A stretch of 64,000 nucleotides of DNA from an uncultured bacterium (GCA_963786935.1 CAWBAN010000003.1:320001-384000), one strand, 5' to 3'. Numbered from the stretch's first letter, positions 35,985 through 46,458 are shown. Notes: generated by a model not told the origin, from the letters alone. A program made the numbers and translations.

Positions 35985-37115
35985 GGCAGGCGCCGTCTTC
36001 ATCAACTCGAAACGCCTCGGCGCGTTCCGGTTCAGCCCCGACCATCCGTTCAATCCGGAGCGCGTGACGCGCGTGTACCGCATGTGCGAGTCGCGCGGGC
36101 TCTTCTCCGGCCCGAACGCGCGCGTCGTCGAGGTCGAGGAGCCCGAGGAAGGGGTGCTCGAGCGCTTCCATACGAGCGAGTACATCGCCGCGCTGAAGCG
36201 GGCGAACGACGGCACCGAGATCGACGTCGAGATGCTCCAGCACGGAATCGGCTCGCCGGAGAATCCCGTGTTCAAGGGGGTCTACGATTTCTCGACGCTC
36301 GCGGCGACGGCGAGCCTCACCGCGGCCCGCCGCATACTCGGCGGCGCCGCCGCCGCGTTCAATCCGTGCGGCGGCTTTCATCACGCCCATCCCGACCGCG
36401 CGTCCGGTTTCTGCTACGTGAACGATATCGCGATCGCGATCGACGAGCTGCGGCGGGGAGGGCTCAGGGTGGCCTACCTCGACATCGACGCGCATCACGG
36501 CGACGCCGTGCAGAACGCGTACTACGCCGACCGGTCCGTGCTCACGATCTCGGTTCACGAAACGGGCAAGACGCTGTTCCCCTGGGGAGGATTCGAGCGG
36601 GAGGCGGGGCAGGGCGCGGGGCTCGGCTACAACGTGAACGTGCCGCTCGAGCCGGGCGCCGACGACGACGTCTTCCTCGTGCTGTTCGAGGGAATCGTCA
36701 TGCCGGCGCTCGAGATCTTCGCCCCGGACGTCGTCGTGGGGCAATTCGGAACGGACAGCTTCGCGACCGATCCGCTCACGCACCTGCGGCTCACCAACAA
36801 CGGATACATCGAGGCGATCGAGATGCTTCACGAGAGCCATCCGCGCATCCTCGCGCTCGGGGGCGGCGGCTACAGCATGCGGGACGTCGAGCGCGGCTGG
36901 ACGCTTCTCTGGGCGGAGCTCGCCGGGATCGAGTTCGACGAAGGCTACGGGGGGCGCTCGGCGGCGTGTTCCTCGGGGACAGCACGCTGCCCGGGTCGGA
37001 TCTGCGGGACATGCACGCGTACACGACCGGCCCCGAGAAGGACCGCATGCTGGCGCGCTCACGCGAGCTCGTCGATCATTTCGAGGAAAACATCCGTCCG
37101 CGCCTCGCGCGATAG
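35968..37115 (+). CDS. acuC: AcuC/histone-deacetylase family protein; one-base frameshift at the G6 run 36949-36954
   Basis: HPFNPER, GGFHHA...SGFCYVND, DIDAHHGD, GGGGY. A plausible C-terminus (GALGGVFLGD...IRPRLAR) continues in the -1 frame. Confidence 0.82.
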
Positions 37116-37151
37116 CGCGGGGGGGCGCGGCGTGCCGGCCGCGGCATCGCG

Positions 37152-37931
37152 TTACGGCGGCGTCTGCGTCTGCCGGTCGACGACGTTGGACAATCCGGAC
37201 AGATTGGGCTTCTCGTCCGCCGTCTTGAGGGCGAAGTAGTAGAGCGTTCCCGGCGCGAGGGGCCCGACGGCGAAGGATTCGGCGGTCCCCGCCGGTTTGG
37301 GCTGCGGCTCTCCGCCCGCCGGGGACGCGGCGGCCCAGGTGGCCTCCGTGATGGGATTCCTCGAGTAACGCACGTCGTAGTACGCGGCGGTGCCGGTCGT
37401 CCCGTCGTCCCCCGGCGCGGTCCACATCAGCGTGACGGTGTTCGTCGCGTACGCGATCACGGCGAGGTCCGTGACGGCCGCGGGGGGGACGTTATCCGGT
37501 TTCGCGGTCGTCGGGGCGCTCGCGATGTTCGATTTGGAGGACCAGTTGCCGTCCGCGTCGGCGGTCTTGAGCGCGAAATAATAGTTTGTCGTGGGCGTGA
37601 GCCCGGTTACGACGAACGTGTCCTGGCTTCCGCCGGGCTTCGGCGCCGGCTCCCCCGCCGCCTGCGCCGCGGAGGGCCAGACGTCCTCGGTCAGCGGCTC
37701 ATTCGCCGAATAGCGTATGTCGTACCGCGCGGCGGCGCCGGTCCATCCGTCGCCCCCCGGGGCGGTCCAGACGAGCGTGATCCGGTCCCACTCGGGCGTG
37801 ACGGCCACGAGCGAGTTGACCGCCGCGGGAGGGGTCGAATCGGCGGGGGCGCCCGGGTCGTCCGAACAGGAGCACAACAACGATAACAGGGCCGGAATCA
37901 TCGAGATGCGGACGCGAGCTTCGAGCCGCAT
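37152..37931 (-). CDS. Lipoprotein with two fibronectin type III repeats
   Basis: Lipobox-like LLSLLCSC; two repeats PPAAV..L...WTAPG.DG...YD.RYS...YYFALKTAD. Confidence 0.82.
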   Translation of the reverse strand: MRLEARVRISMIPALLSLLCSCSDDPGAPADSTPPAAVNSLVAVTPEWDRITLVWTAPGGDGWTGAAARYDIRYSANEPLTEDVWPSAAQAAGEPAPKPGGSQDTFVVTGLTPTTNYYFALKTADADGNWSSKSNIASAPTTAKPDNVPPAAVTDLAVIAYATNTVTLMWTAPGDDGTTGTAAYYDVRYSRNPITEATWAAASPAGGEPQPKPAGTAESFAVGPLAPGTLYYFALKTADEKPNLSGLSNVVDRQTQTPP

Positions 37932-38087
37932 GCGCCATCCCTCCTCGGTGCGGGCCTGCGGAGCGCACGATCCCGTGCGCGGTTCTCCCCTGAAATATAT
38001 ATGATTTTGCGTTGAATATTGACGCTATTTTATTTAACTTACATCGCGTTCGAATGGCTCGGAAAACCGCTCTCCCGCGGCCTCGCG

Positions 38088-40553
38088 ATGCAAGCTGGTG
38101 ACACGGTGCTCGAAAACGAATATGTGATTCTCGAATCCGAGCTGAACGCGCTCGTCGACGCGGCGCGCGCTTCGGGGCTCGGCCGCGAGGTCGAGGAGCG
38201 TCTCCGGGCCGCCGCTGAAACGGTTCATTACCGGAACGTGGCGGGGGAGAGCGCGCTCCTCGGGCTCGTCGGCTCCGTCGTCCGCGATTCGAAGCCCCCG
38301 ATTCTGTCGACGGCGTGGGAAGAGGCGTGGGGCAATCTCTTTTCGCATCTCATCGAAATCGTTCTCGCCTCGGAGAATAGATCGCGCATCCTCATCCCGC
38401 ACCTCTACGGCCGGGAGCCACTTCCCGCCGAGACCGGGCGCGAGCGCATCCTCTGCGTCAATCCCGGCTCGACGTCGACGAAGCTCGCCCTGTATCACGG
38501 GCTGGATCTCGTCGCCTCGGAAGAGGTGCACCTGCCTCCCGATTATCCCGACAGCATCGAGAACCGCGCGAAGACGATCATCGAGTGGGTGCGCGCGCGG
38601 GGGATCGGGGCGGGGGATCTCACCGGCATCGCGTGCCGCGGCGGATTCGTCGCGCCGGTGCCGACGGGGACGTACGAGGTCTGCCCGGCGATGGTGGAAG
38701 ATCTGGCGAAGCCGCGGATCGTCCACGCGTCGAACATGGCGATTCCCATCGGGCTCAAGATCAAGGAAGACTTCGCGGGGACCGGTGATATCCTCGTCAC
38801 GACGACCGACCCCGTCTCGTCGGACGAGATGGAGACCGGGGCCCGCATGACGGGAATCCGCCGCATCCTGCGCGACGGCTCGGGCGCCCATTACCTGAAT
38901 CACCGCGCGGTGCACACCCTCGTCTGCTCGCTCCTCGGCGCCCCGCAGGACGAGCTCACGACGATCGGCGCGCACATGGGCGGCGGCATTTCGATCCTTC
39001 GCCACGTCGACGGCCGCGTCACCGATCTCGTGAACGCCTTCTCGGGCGTTCCGAGCGCGAACCGGAGCGGCAACATCCCGCTCGACGTCCTCCTCCGCGC
39101 GATCGACGAGGGGGAAATCAGCACGCCCGAGCTCAAGCGCTACCTCTACAAGATGGGGGGGCTCATCGACCTCACCGGGACGAACGATTTCCGCGCGCTG
39201 CTCCACTTCAGGGACTCGGGCGCCGTCACACGCCAGCGGCAGAAGATCGAGCTCGTCGTGGATTTCATGGCGCGGAGCATATCGGGCGCCGTGATGCAGC
39301 TCGGCGCGATCGAGAAGCCGATCGACGTCGTGATCCTCACCGGCGGGCTCTCGCGGAGCCGCGAGTTCGTCGGGCGCATCAGGCGCAAGCTCTATCCCTA
39401 TTTCCCCGTCGTCGTCGTCCCGGGCGCGATCGAGCACGAGGCGCTCGTCGCGGGGCATTTCAGGGCGCGCTTCCGCCCGGAGACGCTCGAAAGATACGAG
39501 GATGCGCGCGACGCGCTCCGGCGGCTCAGGTCGGACGAGCGCGTGCTCATCGACACGGAGATATTCACCCACCCGCAGCTCCGCAAGAAGGAGAACGCGA
39601 CCGTCACGAGCCTCGACGAGCTCATCTATCTCGCGCGCTCGATGGTATCGAAGCATCGCGCGCCCCGGATCGCGATCGTCGGCGCGGAGAACGAGGACGC
39701 CGTCGTCGCGGCGAAGCAGGCGAACGAGGAAGGGCGGTTCCCGATCGCGAAGTTCGTCCTCGTCGGGGATTTCTACGAGGTCAACAAGCTCGCGTGGGAG
39801 TACGACATCAAGATCGACGGCGACAACTACGCGATCGTCGATACCGACCATCCCGTGGAGAAGGCGGTCGAGCTCTACGCCTCGGGGGAGGCCGACCTCC
39901 TCATGAAGGGAGGCGTCAAGACCGAGGAGATCCTGCGCGGGGTGCTCTCGTACCTCAAGCGGAGCGGAAAGCTCGAGAAGGGGCGAATCTACAGCCACGT
40001 CGGCGTGTTCCAGATCCCGAATTACCCGAAGCTCCTCACGGTCACGGACGCCGCCGTCAATCCCAACCCCGACCTCGCGCAGAAGAAGATGATTCTCGAG
40101 AACGCCCTCACGGTGCTCCGGTATCTCAACATCGCGAAGCCGAAGGTGGCCATCATCTCGGCGGTGGAGACGCGCAATCCGAGCGTCGAATCGTCGATCC
40201 TCGCCGGGCTCCTCGCCGAGGAGTTCGAAACCCGGGACGACTGCATCGTCGAGGGGCCGCTCTCGCTCGACGTCGCCATCGATCCGCACTCCGCCTCGGA
40301 GAAGAACTACAAGGGGCAGATCAAGGGCAACGCCGATATTCTCCTGATGCCCGACATCGAAGCGGGGAACGTCGTCTACAAGACGCTCACCGTGTCGTCG
40401 GGCGCGTATCTCGCCGGAGTGGTCGCGGGCGGGGGCATTCCCATCGTGCTCGCGTCCCGGGGGGATTCGTCCCGGTCGAAGCTCGCCTCGATCTGCCTCG
40501 CCTGCATCGTCGCGATGAAGCAGGGGAGCTTCGGGGATTCCGTCGGGAAGTAG
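38088..40553 (+). CDS. buk: Butyrate kinase - phosphate butyryltransferase fusion
   Basis: VNPGSTSTK, CRGG, HASN, AHMGGGIS, LTGG; then LLMKG, TDAAVN, EGPLSLDVAI, PDIEAGNVVYK, LASRGDS. Start uncertain. Confidence 0.88.
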   Translation: MQAGDTVLENEYVILESELNALVDAARASGLGREVEERLRAAAETVHYRNVAGESALLGLVGSVVRDSKPPILSTAWEEAWGNLFSHLIEIVLASENRSRILIPHLYGREPLPAETGRERILCVNPGSTSTKLALYHGLDLVASEEVHLPPDYPDSIENRAKTIIEWVRARGIGAGDLTGIACRGGFVAPVPTGTYEVCPAMVEDLAKPRIVHASNMAIPIGLKIKEDFAGTGDILVTTTDPVSSDEMETGARMTGIRRILRDGSGAHYLNHRAVHTLVCSLLGAPQDELTTIGAHMGGGISILRHVDGRVTDLVNAFSGVPSANRSGNIPLDVLLRAIDEGEISTPELKRYLYKMGGLIDLTGTNDFRALLHFRDSGAVTRQRQKIELVVDFMARSISGAVMQLGAIEKPIDVVILTGGLSRSREFVGRIRRKLYPYFPVVVVPGAIEHEALVAGHFRARFRPETLERYEDARDALRRLRSDERVLIDTEIFTHPQLRKKENATVTSLDELIYLARSMVSKHRAPRIAIVGAENEDAVVAAKQANEEGRFPIAKFVLVGDFYEVNKLAWEYDIKIDGDNYAIVDTDHPVEKAVELYASGEADLLMKGGVKTEEILRGVLSYLKRSGKLEKGRIYSHVGVFQIPNYPKLLTVTDAAVNPNPDLAQKKMILENALTVLRYLNIAKPKVAIISAVETRNPSVESSILAGLLAEEFETRDDCIVEGPLSLDVAIDPHSASEKNYKGQIKGNADILLMPDIEAGNVVYKTLTVSSGAYLAGVVAGGGIPIVLASRGDSSRSKLASICLACIVAMKQGSFGDSVGK

Positions 40554-40578
40554 CCGCTCACGAACGGAGGTTTACCCC

Positions 40579-42285
40579 ATGACCGATCACGCGAAGCGTT
40601 TGATCCTCGCGCTGTTTCTGCTCGTCTTTCTCGTGGTGATCCCCGTGGTGGCGGTCATGAATCTCGGAGGATCGGGGAGCGTGCCGGCGGCGGCGGAGGA
40701 TGTGGCGGTCGTTCTCGAGGTCAGCGGGGAGATGCTCGAGTACCGGCCCTCGTTCTCTCCGGGGCTCTTCTTCGGGTGGCGCGAGCTCACCATGACCGAC
40801 GCGCTCGCCTGCATCGACGCGGCGGGACGCGACGTCCGCGTGAAGGGGCTCGTCCTGAAGATATACCCGTCGGGAGCGGGCGCGGCGAAGTGCGAGGAGC
40901 TCAAAGCCGCCATCGACCGCTTCCGGGAGTCCGGGAAACCGGTCGTCGCGTTCGCGCCCGTGCTCGAGGGATACCATTACCTGATCGCCTGCGCCGCTGA
41001 CTCCATCTTCATGCCCCCCGCGGGCTACGTCATCATCCCGGGCCCCTCGTCGAGCGCGATCTTCCTCCGGGGCGCCTTCGACAAGCTCGGCGTCAACCCG
41101 AACATCGACCGGATCGGCGAGTACAAGTCGGCGGCTGAAATGTATACCGAGACGGAGCGCACTCCCGAGTCGCGCGCGATGACCGAACTCCTCCTCGGCG
41201 ACATTTTCGAGCGGTACGTGGCCGACATCGCGGCCGCCCGCGGCTGCGGCGAGGACGCGGTGCTCGCGTGGATCGATCGCGGGCTCTTTTCCCCCGAGCG
41301 CGCCTTCAACGAGGGAATCATCGACGGCGTCCGGTACTGGGACGAGATCGAAGCCGGATCCGGGTTCGCGGATCTGAATTTCGTCGAATCGCACGAGTAT
41401 CTCCGCGGCAAACGCGCCGCCGTTCTCCCCGAGGGCCCGCGCGTCGCCGTGATCCACGCGCAGGGGCTCATCACGGGGGGAGAGAGCGGATTCGATCCCC
41501 TGGAGGGCCTCACGATGGGCTCCGAAACGATCGTCGAGCAGCTCCGCAAGGCGCGCGAGGACGGCGAAACCAAGGCGGTGATCCTCCGCGTCGACTCGCC
41601 GGGCGGCGACGCCTTCGCCGGGGACATGATCTCCCGCGAGGTCGAGCTCACGTCGCAGGTGAAGCCGGTCGTCGTCTCGATGTCGGACGTCGCCGCGTCG
41701 GGCGGCTACGAGATCGCCTATCGCGCGGACCACATCGTCGCGCTCCCGACGAGCGTCACGGGCTCGATCGGCTCGATCACGGGCAAGCTGAACGCGAAGG
41801 GGCTCTACAACAAGCTCGGCGTGACGAAGGACGAGATCGGCACGGGGAAGAATTCCCTCATCAACTCGGACTATCGCGATTACTCCGACGAGGAGTGGGC
41901 GCTCATCCGGGAGGAGCACCAGGCGTTCTACCGGGGCTGGATCGAGGATATCGCGCTCTTCCGCGAAATGCCGGCCGACTCGATCGATTCGCTCGGGCGG
42001 GGGCGCGTGTGGACGGGAACGCAGGCCCTCGAAAACGGGCTCATCGACGAGACGGGCGGCATGCACGAGGCCGTCTCGGCGGCGTGCGAGCTCGCCGGGA
42101 TCGAGGATTCGTCGCGCGTCGTGCTCGTGCACTATCCGAAGCGCGTCACGCTCCTGCAGGAGATCCTCTCGCGCAATTTCCTCGAGGACGCCGCCTCGTA
42201 CGCCGTTCACCGCGCGCTTTCCGGCGATCCCGCGGCGCGGAGCGGGCTCTTCCTCAAGCATGTCGGCGGGGTGAAGATACGCTGA
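40579..42285 (+). CDS. sppA: Signal peptide peptidase SppA (long type)
   Basis: N-terminal anchor, GEYKSAAE, LRVDSPGG, DVAASGGY, GRVWTG. Confidence 0.93.
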   Translation: MTDHAKRLILALFLLVFLVVIPVVAVMNLGGSGSVPAAAEDVAVVLEVSGEMLEYRPSFSPGLFFGWRELTMTDALACIDAAGRDVRVKGLVLKIYPSGAGAAKCEELKAAIDRFRESGKPVVAFAPVLEGYHYLIACAADSIFMPPAGYVIIPGPSSSAIFLRGAFDKLGVNPNIDRIGEYKSAAEMYTETERTPESRAMTELLLGDIFERYVADIAAARGCGEDAVLAWIDRGLFSPERAFNEGIIDGVRYWDEIEAGSGFADLNFVESHEYLRGKRAAVLPEGPRVAVIHAQGLITGGESGFDPLEGLTMGSETIVEQLRKAREDGETKAVILRVDSPGGDAFAGDMISREVELTSQVKPVVVSMSDVAASGGYEIAYRADHIVALPTSVTGSIGSITGKLNAKGLYNKLGVTKDEIGTGKNSLINSDYRDYSDEEWALIREEHQAFYRGWIEDIALFREMPADSIDSLGRGRVWTGTQALENGLIDETGGMHEAVSAACELAGIEDSSRVVLVHYPKRVTLLQEILSRNFLEDAASYAVHRALSGDPAARSGLFLKHVGGVKIR

Positions 42286-42316
42286 GAGATTCGCGGCGCC
42301 GTGCGCGCGCGGACGC

Positions 42317-43942
42317 CTAGAATGCGTAGCGGACGTCGATGATGTTGTTGTCGAGATTCTGCGGAATGATGTCCGATTCCGTGTAGATATCCACGAAGAA
42401 CTTGTCCCCGTAATGGAGCGAGAAGCCGAGCGTCACCGAGGCGTTCGTGGTTAATTCGCGATTCCAATCGGTCGAGTATGCCGCCGGCTCGACGACTGCC
42501 GCGGAGGCGGCTCCCGCGAGCCTCGTGCCTCCGGCGCGGGAAACGGCCGCCGGCGGTTGGAAGGTGAACAGGGAGGGGATCGGCTCGGTGGCGGACACCT
42601 TGCGCCATTTCCCCCAGAGCGTGACGCCGGAGAAGTACGTGAACCAGCTCGAAGGTCTGCATTCGATCGAGAGCGGAAAGGAGAGGGCGAACGACGTTTC
42701 GATCGATTCGAGCCGGACTCGCTGATCGACCTGAACGGCGGATGCTCCCTCGTCTTCGCTGATGGAATAATGAACGAGAGGCTCTTCCTCCGCGCCGATC
42801 CGCGCGAAAACTCCGCGGAGCCCGACGTACAGATCGGTCGTCGGATGAATGGAGAAGACCTTGCTTCCCTTGACGTAGCAGCTTCCCTCGAGGAGCGAGC
42901 CGTCTCCCTCGAGGTCGCCGGTGAGCTTCTCGTCGGTGTCGGACCACGATCCCCAGCGCAGGCGCTCCTCGCTCGCGGTCCAATCGGTCTCATACGGGCA
43001 CGTGGAAATATCTCCCCCGGCGAGCACGCGGATGCCGCCGTCGAAGGCGTGGCGGAACATCAGGGCGAAGCTCCAGATGTCCCCCTCGCGGGCGTCCGAC
43101 CAGTGATACCGATAGTAGCTGTAGCTGTCGACCCTGTTCGGCGGATAGAATTCCTTGTCGACGTCCAGCTCGTATCGCTCCTGTCGCCGGTCCGCCCTGT
43201 TGAGCGACGCGCTGATCGCGACATCCGTCCGCGGGCCGTCGTCGCCCCATTGCGCGATTCCCGCCTGAAGATCGAACGAGTAACGCCGGCCGGAGTAGGA
43301 CTGCATTTGCTTCTCGATGCCCTGGCGCTCGAGAGAGAGGTCGGGGGGCGCGCTGTACTCTTCGTACAAACGGCTGGTCATTCTCGAGTCGAGATAGCTG
43401 TACATCCGCGCTTGAATCCTCAATCCGAGCGCGGTTCGACGCCCAAGCTCGCGGGCGGCCGCGAGATCGATTCTCGCGAAATCGTTGGCGTGATCGTACG
43501 CTTCTTCCCGGAGCTGCATATAGAGCGTGCCGCTCATTCCGGTCTCGGGATATGAGGAAACGCCCTGCGGCCGGTCGAGCGCCCACTGCGCAAACACCGC
43601 CGTCCGCCAGGACGATAGCTTGATCCCCCAGGCGGAGATCTCGTTGACCATCGTCCCATCGCTCGAGTAGTTTCTCCATGTTTCCTGCAAGTAGGGCAGG
43701 GAGGACTCGTATCCCGGATTCCAGCGCCTCGCGTAGCTCACGTTCAGCCGGTCGGCGAAGAAGGCGCACGCCGGGTTGACGCCGATATCGGTGTAGAGAT
43801 CGGGGATGACGCCGGCGACGTGATCCCCGCCGAGCGCGGATATCCGCGCCGACTGATGCTCGAGTGCGCTCGCCGCGCCCGGGCGCAGCGAAAGCGCGGC
43901 GAGAACGGCGAGCATGAGGAACGGTATCCCGCGAAAATGCAT
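42317..43942 (-). CDS. Probable outer-membrane beta-barrel protein of unknown function
   Basis: Signal peptide, RISALGG...NPA N-terminus, alternating beta-strand pattern, C-terminal DVRYAF aromatic signature. Confidence 0.6.
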   Translation of the reverse strand: MHFRGIPFLMLAVLAALSLRPGAASALEHQSARISALGGDHVAGVIPDLYTDIGVNPACAFFADRLNVSYARRWNPGYESSLPYLQETWRNYSSDGTMVNEISAWGIKLSSWRTAVFAQWALDRPQGVSSYPETGMSGTLYMQLREEAYDHANDFARIDLAAARELGRRTALGLRIQARMYSYLDSRMTSRLYEEYSAPPDLSLERQGIEKQMQSYSGRRYSFDLQAGIAQWGDDGPRTDVAISASLNRADRRQERYELDVDKEFYPPNRVDSYSYYRYHWSDAREGDIWSFALMFRHAFDGGIRVLAGGDISTCPYETDWTASEERLRWGSWSDTDEKLTGDLEGDGSLLEGSCYVKGSKVFSIHPTTDLYVGLRGVFARIGAEEEPLVHYSISEDEGASAVQVDQRVRLESIETSFALSFPLSIECRPSSWFTYFSGVTLWGKWRKVSATEPIPSLFTFQPPAAVSRAGGTRLAGAASAAVVEPAAYSTDWNRELTTNASVTLGFSLHYGDKFFVDIYTESDIIPQNLDNNIIDVRYAF

Positions 43943-44181
43943 CGGCGTCGAAGCTCCCTGTGCGATTGAACACCGGCATGATACACGCGGCGGGGCGCGG
44001 GATTCAATCGGAAAATGATCGATCGGCGCGCCGCGCGCGCGGAGTCGGCCCTCCGTGCACGCGCAGATAACGTGTTGTGAATTGGACGCCGCTCTGGTAC
44101 GCTCGCCCGCGGAAGGCGCTTCGGGATCGTTTCGGCGCCCGGAGCGCGGCTCGCGACCGCTGCACAAAGGAGAACCGTCAT

Positions 44182-46458
44182 ATGAGATCGGCGAAGCGGC
44201 TCGTTTTCCTCCTCGTTGCCGTCATCGGGTGTTCATTCATCGTGGGGAATCTGTGGGCGGAGAAGCCGCTCAAGGCTCCCAAGCCCGCGTCCGTCGCTCC
44301 GGCGGAGGGCTACGGGCTCGTGCCGCCCCCCGTCGACGTGAAGGCGCTCCGGCCGTACGCGGCATCGCGCCTCAGCCGGATGGCGCCGCCTCCGTCGTGG
44401 GACTGGCGGACGATGAGCGGCGTCACGTCGGTGAAGAACCAGAATCCGTACGGGACATGCTGGGCCTTCGCGACCCTCGGCGATCTCGAGTCGAAGGTGC
44501 TCATCAACGAATCGACGGCGTACAACTATTCCGAGCTCAACATCGTCGCCTGCAACGCGGTCGGCACGAGCTGCAACGCCGGCGGCAACGCGTGGATATC
44601 GACGAACTACCTCACGCTCCTCGGCGCCGTGGACGAAACGTGCAATCCGTATCCGGGCTCCTGCCCGTACCCGTCGTGCGTGAATCCGGCGTGCGCGTTC
44701 CGCGACCGCGTCACGGAGTGGCGGGTCCTCGCGGAGGACGTCACCACGATCAAGAACGCGATCATGACGTACGGTCCCGTCTTCACGGGGATGTACGCGA
44801 GCTTCCCCGGCTTCAGCACGTACAACGGGAGCGGCTGCCTCAGCTATACCGGCGTCGAGGCCCAGAATCACGCGGTCGTGCTCGTCGGCTGGGACGACGC
44901 GATGTGCGGCGGCCTCGGCGGCTGGATCGCGAAGAACTCGTGGGGCACGGCCTGGGGGGCGGCCGGATATTTCTACATCCGCTACGGGAGCGCGCGCATC
45001 GGCCAGAACGTTTCGGTGATCACGGGCTACAAGGATTACGACGCGACCGAGAAGATCTATCACTACGACGAATGGGGCTGGTGGGGCTCCATCGGATACG
45101 GCGACACGGACGATTGGGCGGTTGTTTCCTTCACGCCGAGCGGTGCCCCCCCGGCCGGCGATCTGCTCACGGCGGTCGACCTGTGGGCCGTGTCGGCTCC
45201 GACGAACTATACGATTTCCATCTACGACGATTTCAACGGAACCGCGACCTCGAATCTGCTCGCCGGACCGGTGAGCGGAACGGCGACCGAGGCGGGATAC
45301 TACAGCGTCCCGCTCGCGACGCCGCTTCCCGTCTATACGGGCAACGCGATTCACATCGTCGTCCGGCTCGCCACGCCGGGGTACGACTACCCGGTGCCCA
45401 TCGACGATTCCGGGCCCATGGAGACGAACAAGAACTGGGTGAGCAGCACGGGCGCGTCGGGCACCTGGGAGGCGCTCGACGACGGCGGCTACGCGATGGG
45501 GGACATCGGTGTCCGCGCGCGCGTCGAACCGCGCCCCGCGGCGACGACGTGCTCGATCGAAGGGGATCCGGCGATGCGTTACGGGTGGGGAGAGTACGAC
45601 GGGCTCGCGTACAATCAGCCGGGGGCCGATTACGCGAGCGCGTATGCCGGGCAAACCGTCACGTACACCCTGGGGCCCTGCAACGCTCCGGCGACGTGGC
45701 TCCCCGCCGGATGCAAGGCGTCCGATACGCTCTGCTTCCACGCGAGCGACGCGAAGGGGTGGACCATCGGCGCGGATCCGCCTCTCGGCACGACGACGGT
45801 GCTCGCTCCGGGATATCTCTGGTACCAGGAGCTGAGCGTCACGATTCCGTGCGAGGCCGCGGTTTCCACGAAGGACACCATCATCGCGCAGGTCGCCTAC
45901 ACCGCGGTGAACGGCGTCTGCGCGCCCGATTGCGACGACTGCAACGATCCGAACACGCGCCCGGCGACGGGGGTGAAATACTACTCGGCCGACACGCTGA
46001 TCATCACCGTCGTCGAGTCGCCGCCGTCGATGCTCGTCCTGCAGGATACGCTGACGCTCGTCGAGCGCGGCCAGACGCAGGCGTACATCCCCTTCACCAT
46101 ATGCAATTCGAACGAATGCGCTCCGCCGTCGACGTTCTACTACCTCATCGCGAGCAGGGGGCACGTCGGCCCGGCGCTCAACACGGCGAGCTCGGTCGGC
46201 GTTTCCGGCGGAGAGTGCAAGGACGTTTACGGAATTCTGAATGCGGGAACCGCGGTCGCCTGCACGTTCGATACGCTGCGGATTCTCGTCTGGACGACCG
46301 GCGATCCGGCGATCTACGACACGTGCGTTCAGGTCGTCCACGTCGTCGAGCCATCGCCGGTTCCGCTCTTCACGCCCCCGGTCATGGCGATCCTCGTGCT
46401 CGTTCTCATCGCCATCGCCGCGATCTTCATGCGGAGGCGAATGAGGGGCGGCAAGTGA
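44182..46458 (+). CDS. Papain-family (C1A) cysteine protease with lectin-like and Cys-rich domains and a C-terminal sorting signal
   Basis: WDWR...VKNQNPYGTCWAF, NHAVVLVGW, KNSWG; tail VPLFTPP-TM-RRR; AAGGAG RBS. Confidence 0.88.
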   Translation: MRSAKRLVFLLVAVIGCSFIVGNLWAEKPLKAPKPASVAPAEGYGLVPPPVDVKALRPYAASRLSRMAPPPSWDWRTMSGVTSVKNQNPYGTCWAFATLGDLESKVLINESTAYNYSELNIVACNAVGTSCNAGGNAWISTNYLTLLGAVDETCNPYPGSCPYPSCVNPACAFRDRVTEWRVLAEDVTTIKNAIMTYGPVFTGMYASFPGFSTYNGSGCLSYTGVEAQNHAVVLVGWDDAMCGGLGGWIAKNSWGTAWGAAGYFYIRYGSARIGQNVSVITGYKDYDATEKIYHYDEWGWWGSIGYGDTDDWAVVSFTPSGAPPAGDLLTAVDLWAVSAPTNYTISIYDDFNGTATSNLLAGPVSGTATEAGYYSVPLATPLPVYTGNAIHIVVRLATPGYDYPVPIDDSGPMETNKNWVSSTGASGTWEALDDGGYAMGDIGVRARVEPRPAATTCSIEGDPAMRYGWGEYDGLAYNQPGADYASAYAGQTVTYTLGPCNAPATWLPAGCKASDTLCFHASDAKGWTIGADPPLGTTTVLAPGYLWYQELSVTIPCEAAVSTKDTIIAQVAYTAVNGVCAPDCDDCNDPNTRPATGVKYYSADTLIITVVESPPSMLVLQDTLTLVERGQTQAYIPFTICNSNECAPPSTFYYLIASRGHVGPALNTASSVGVSGGECKDVYGILNAGTAVACTFDTLRILVWTTGDPAIYDTCVQVVHVVEPSPVPLFTPPVMAILVLVLIAIAAIFMRRRMRGGK

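Noticed and set aside
37152..37830. Internal direct repeat
   Set aside because: Explained by two FN3 domains within one gene
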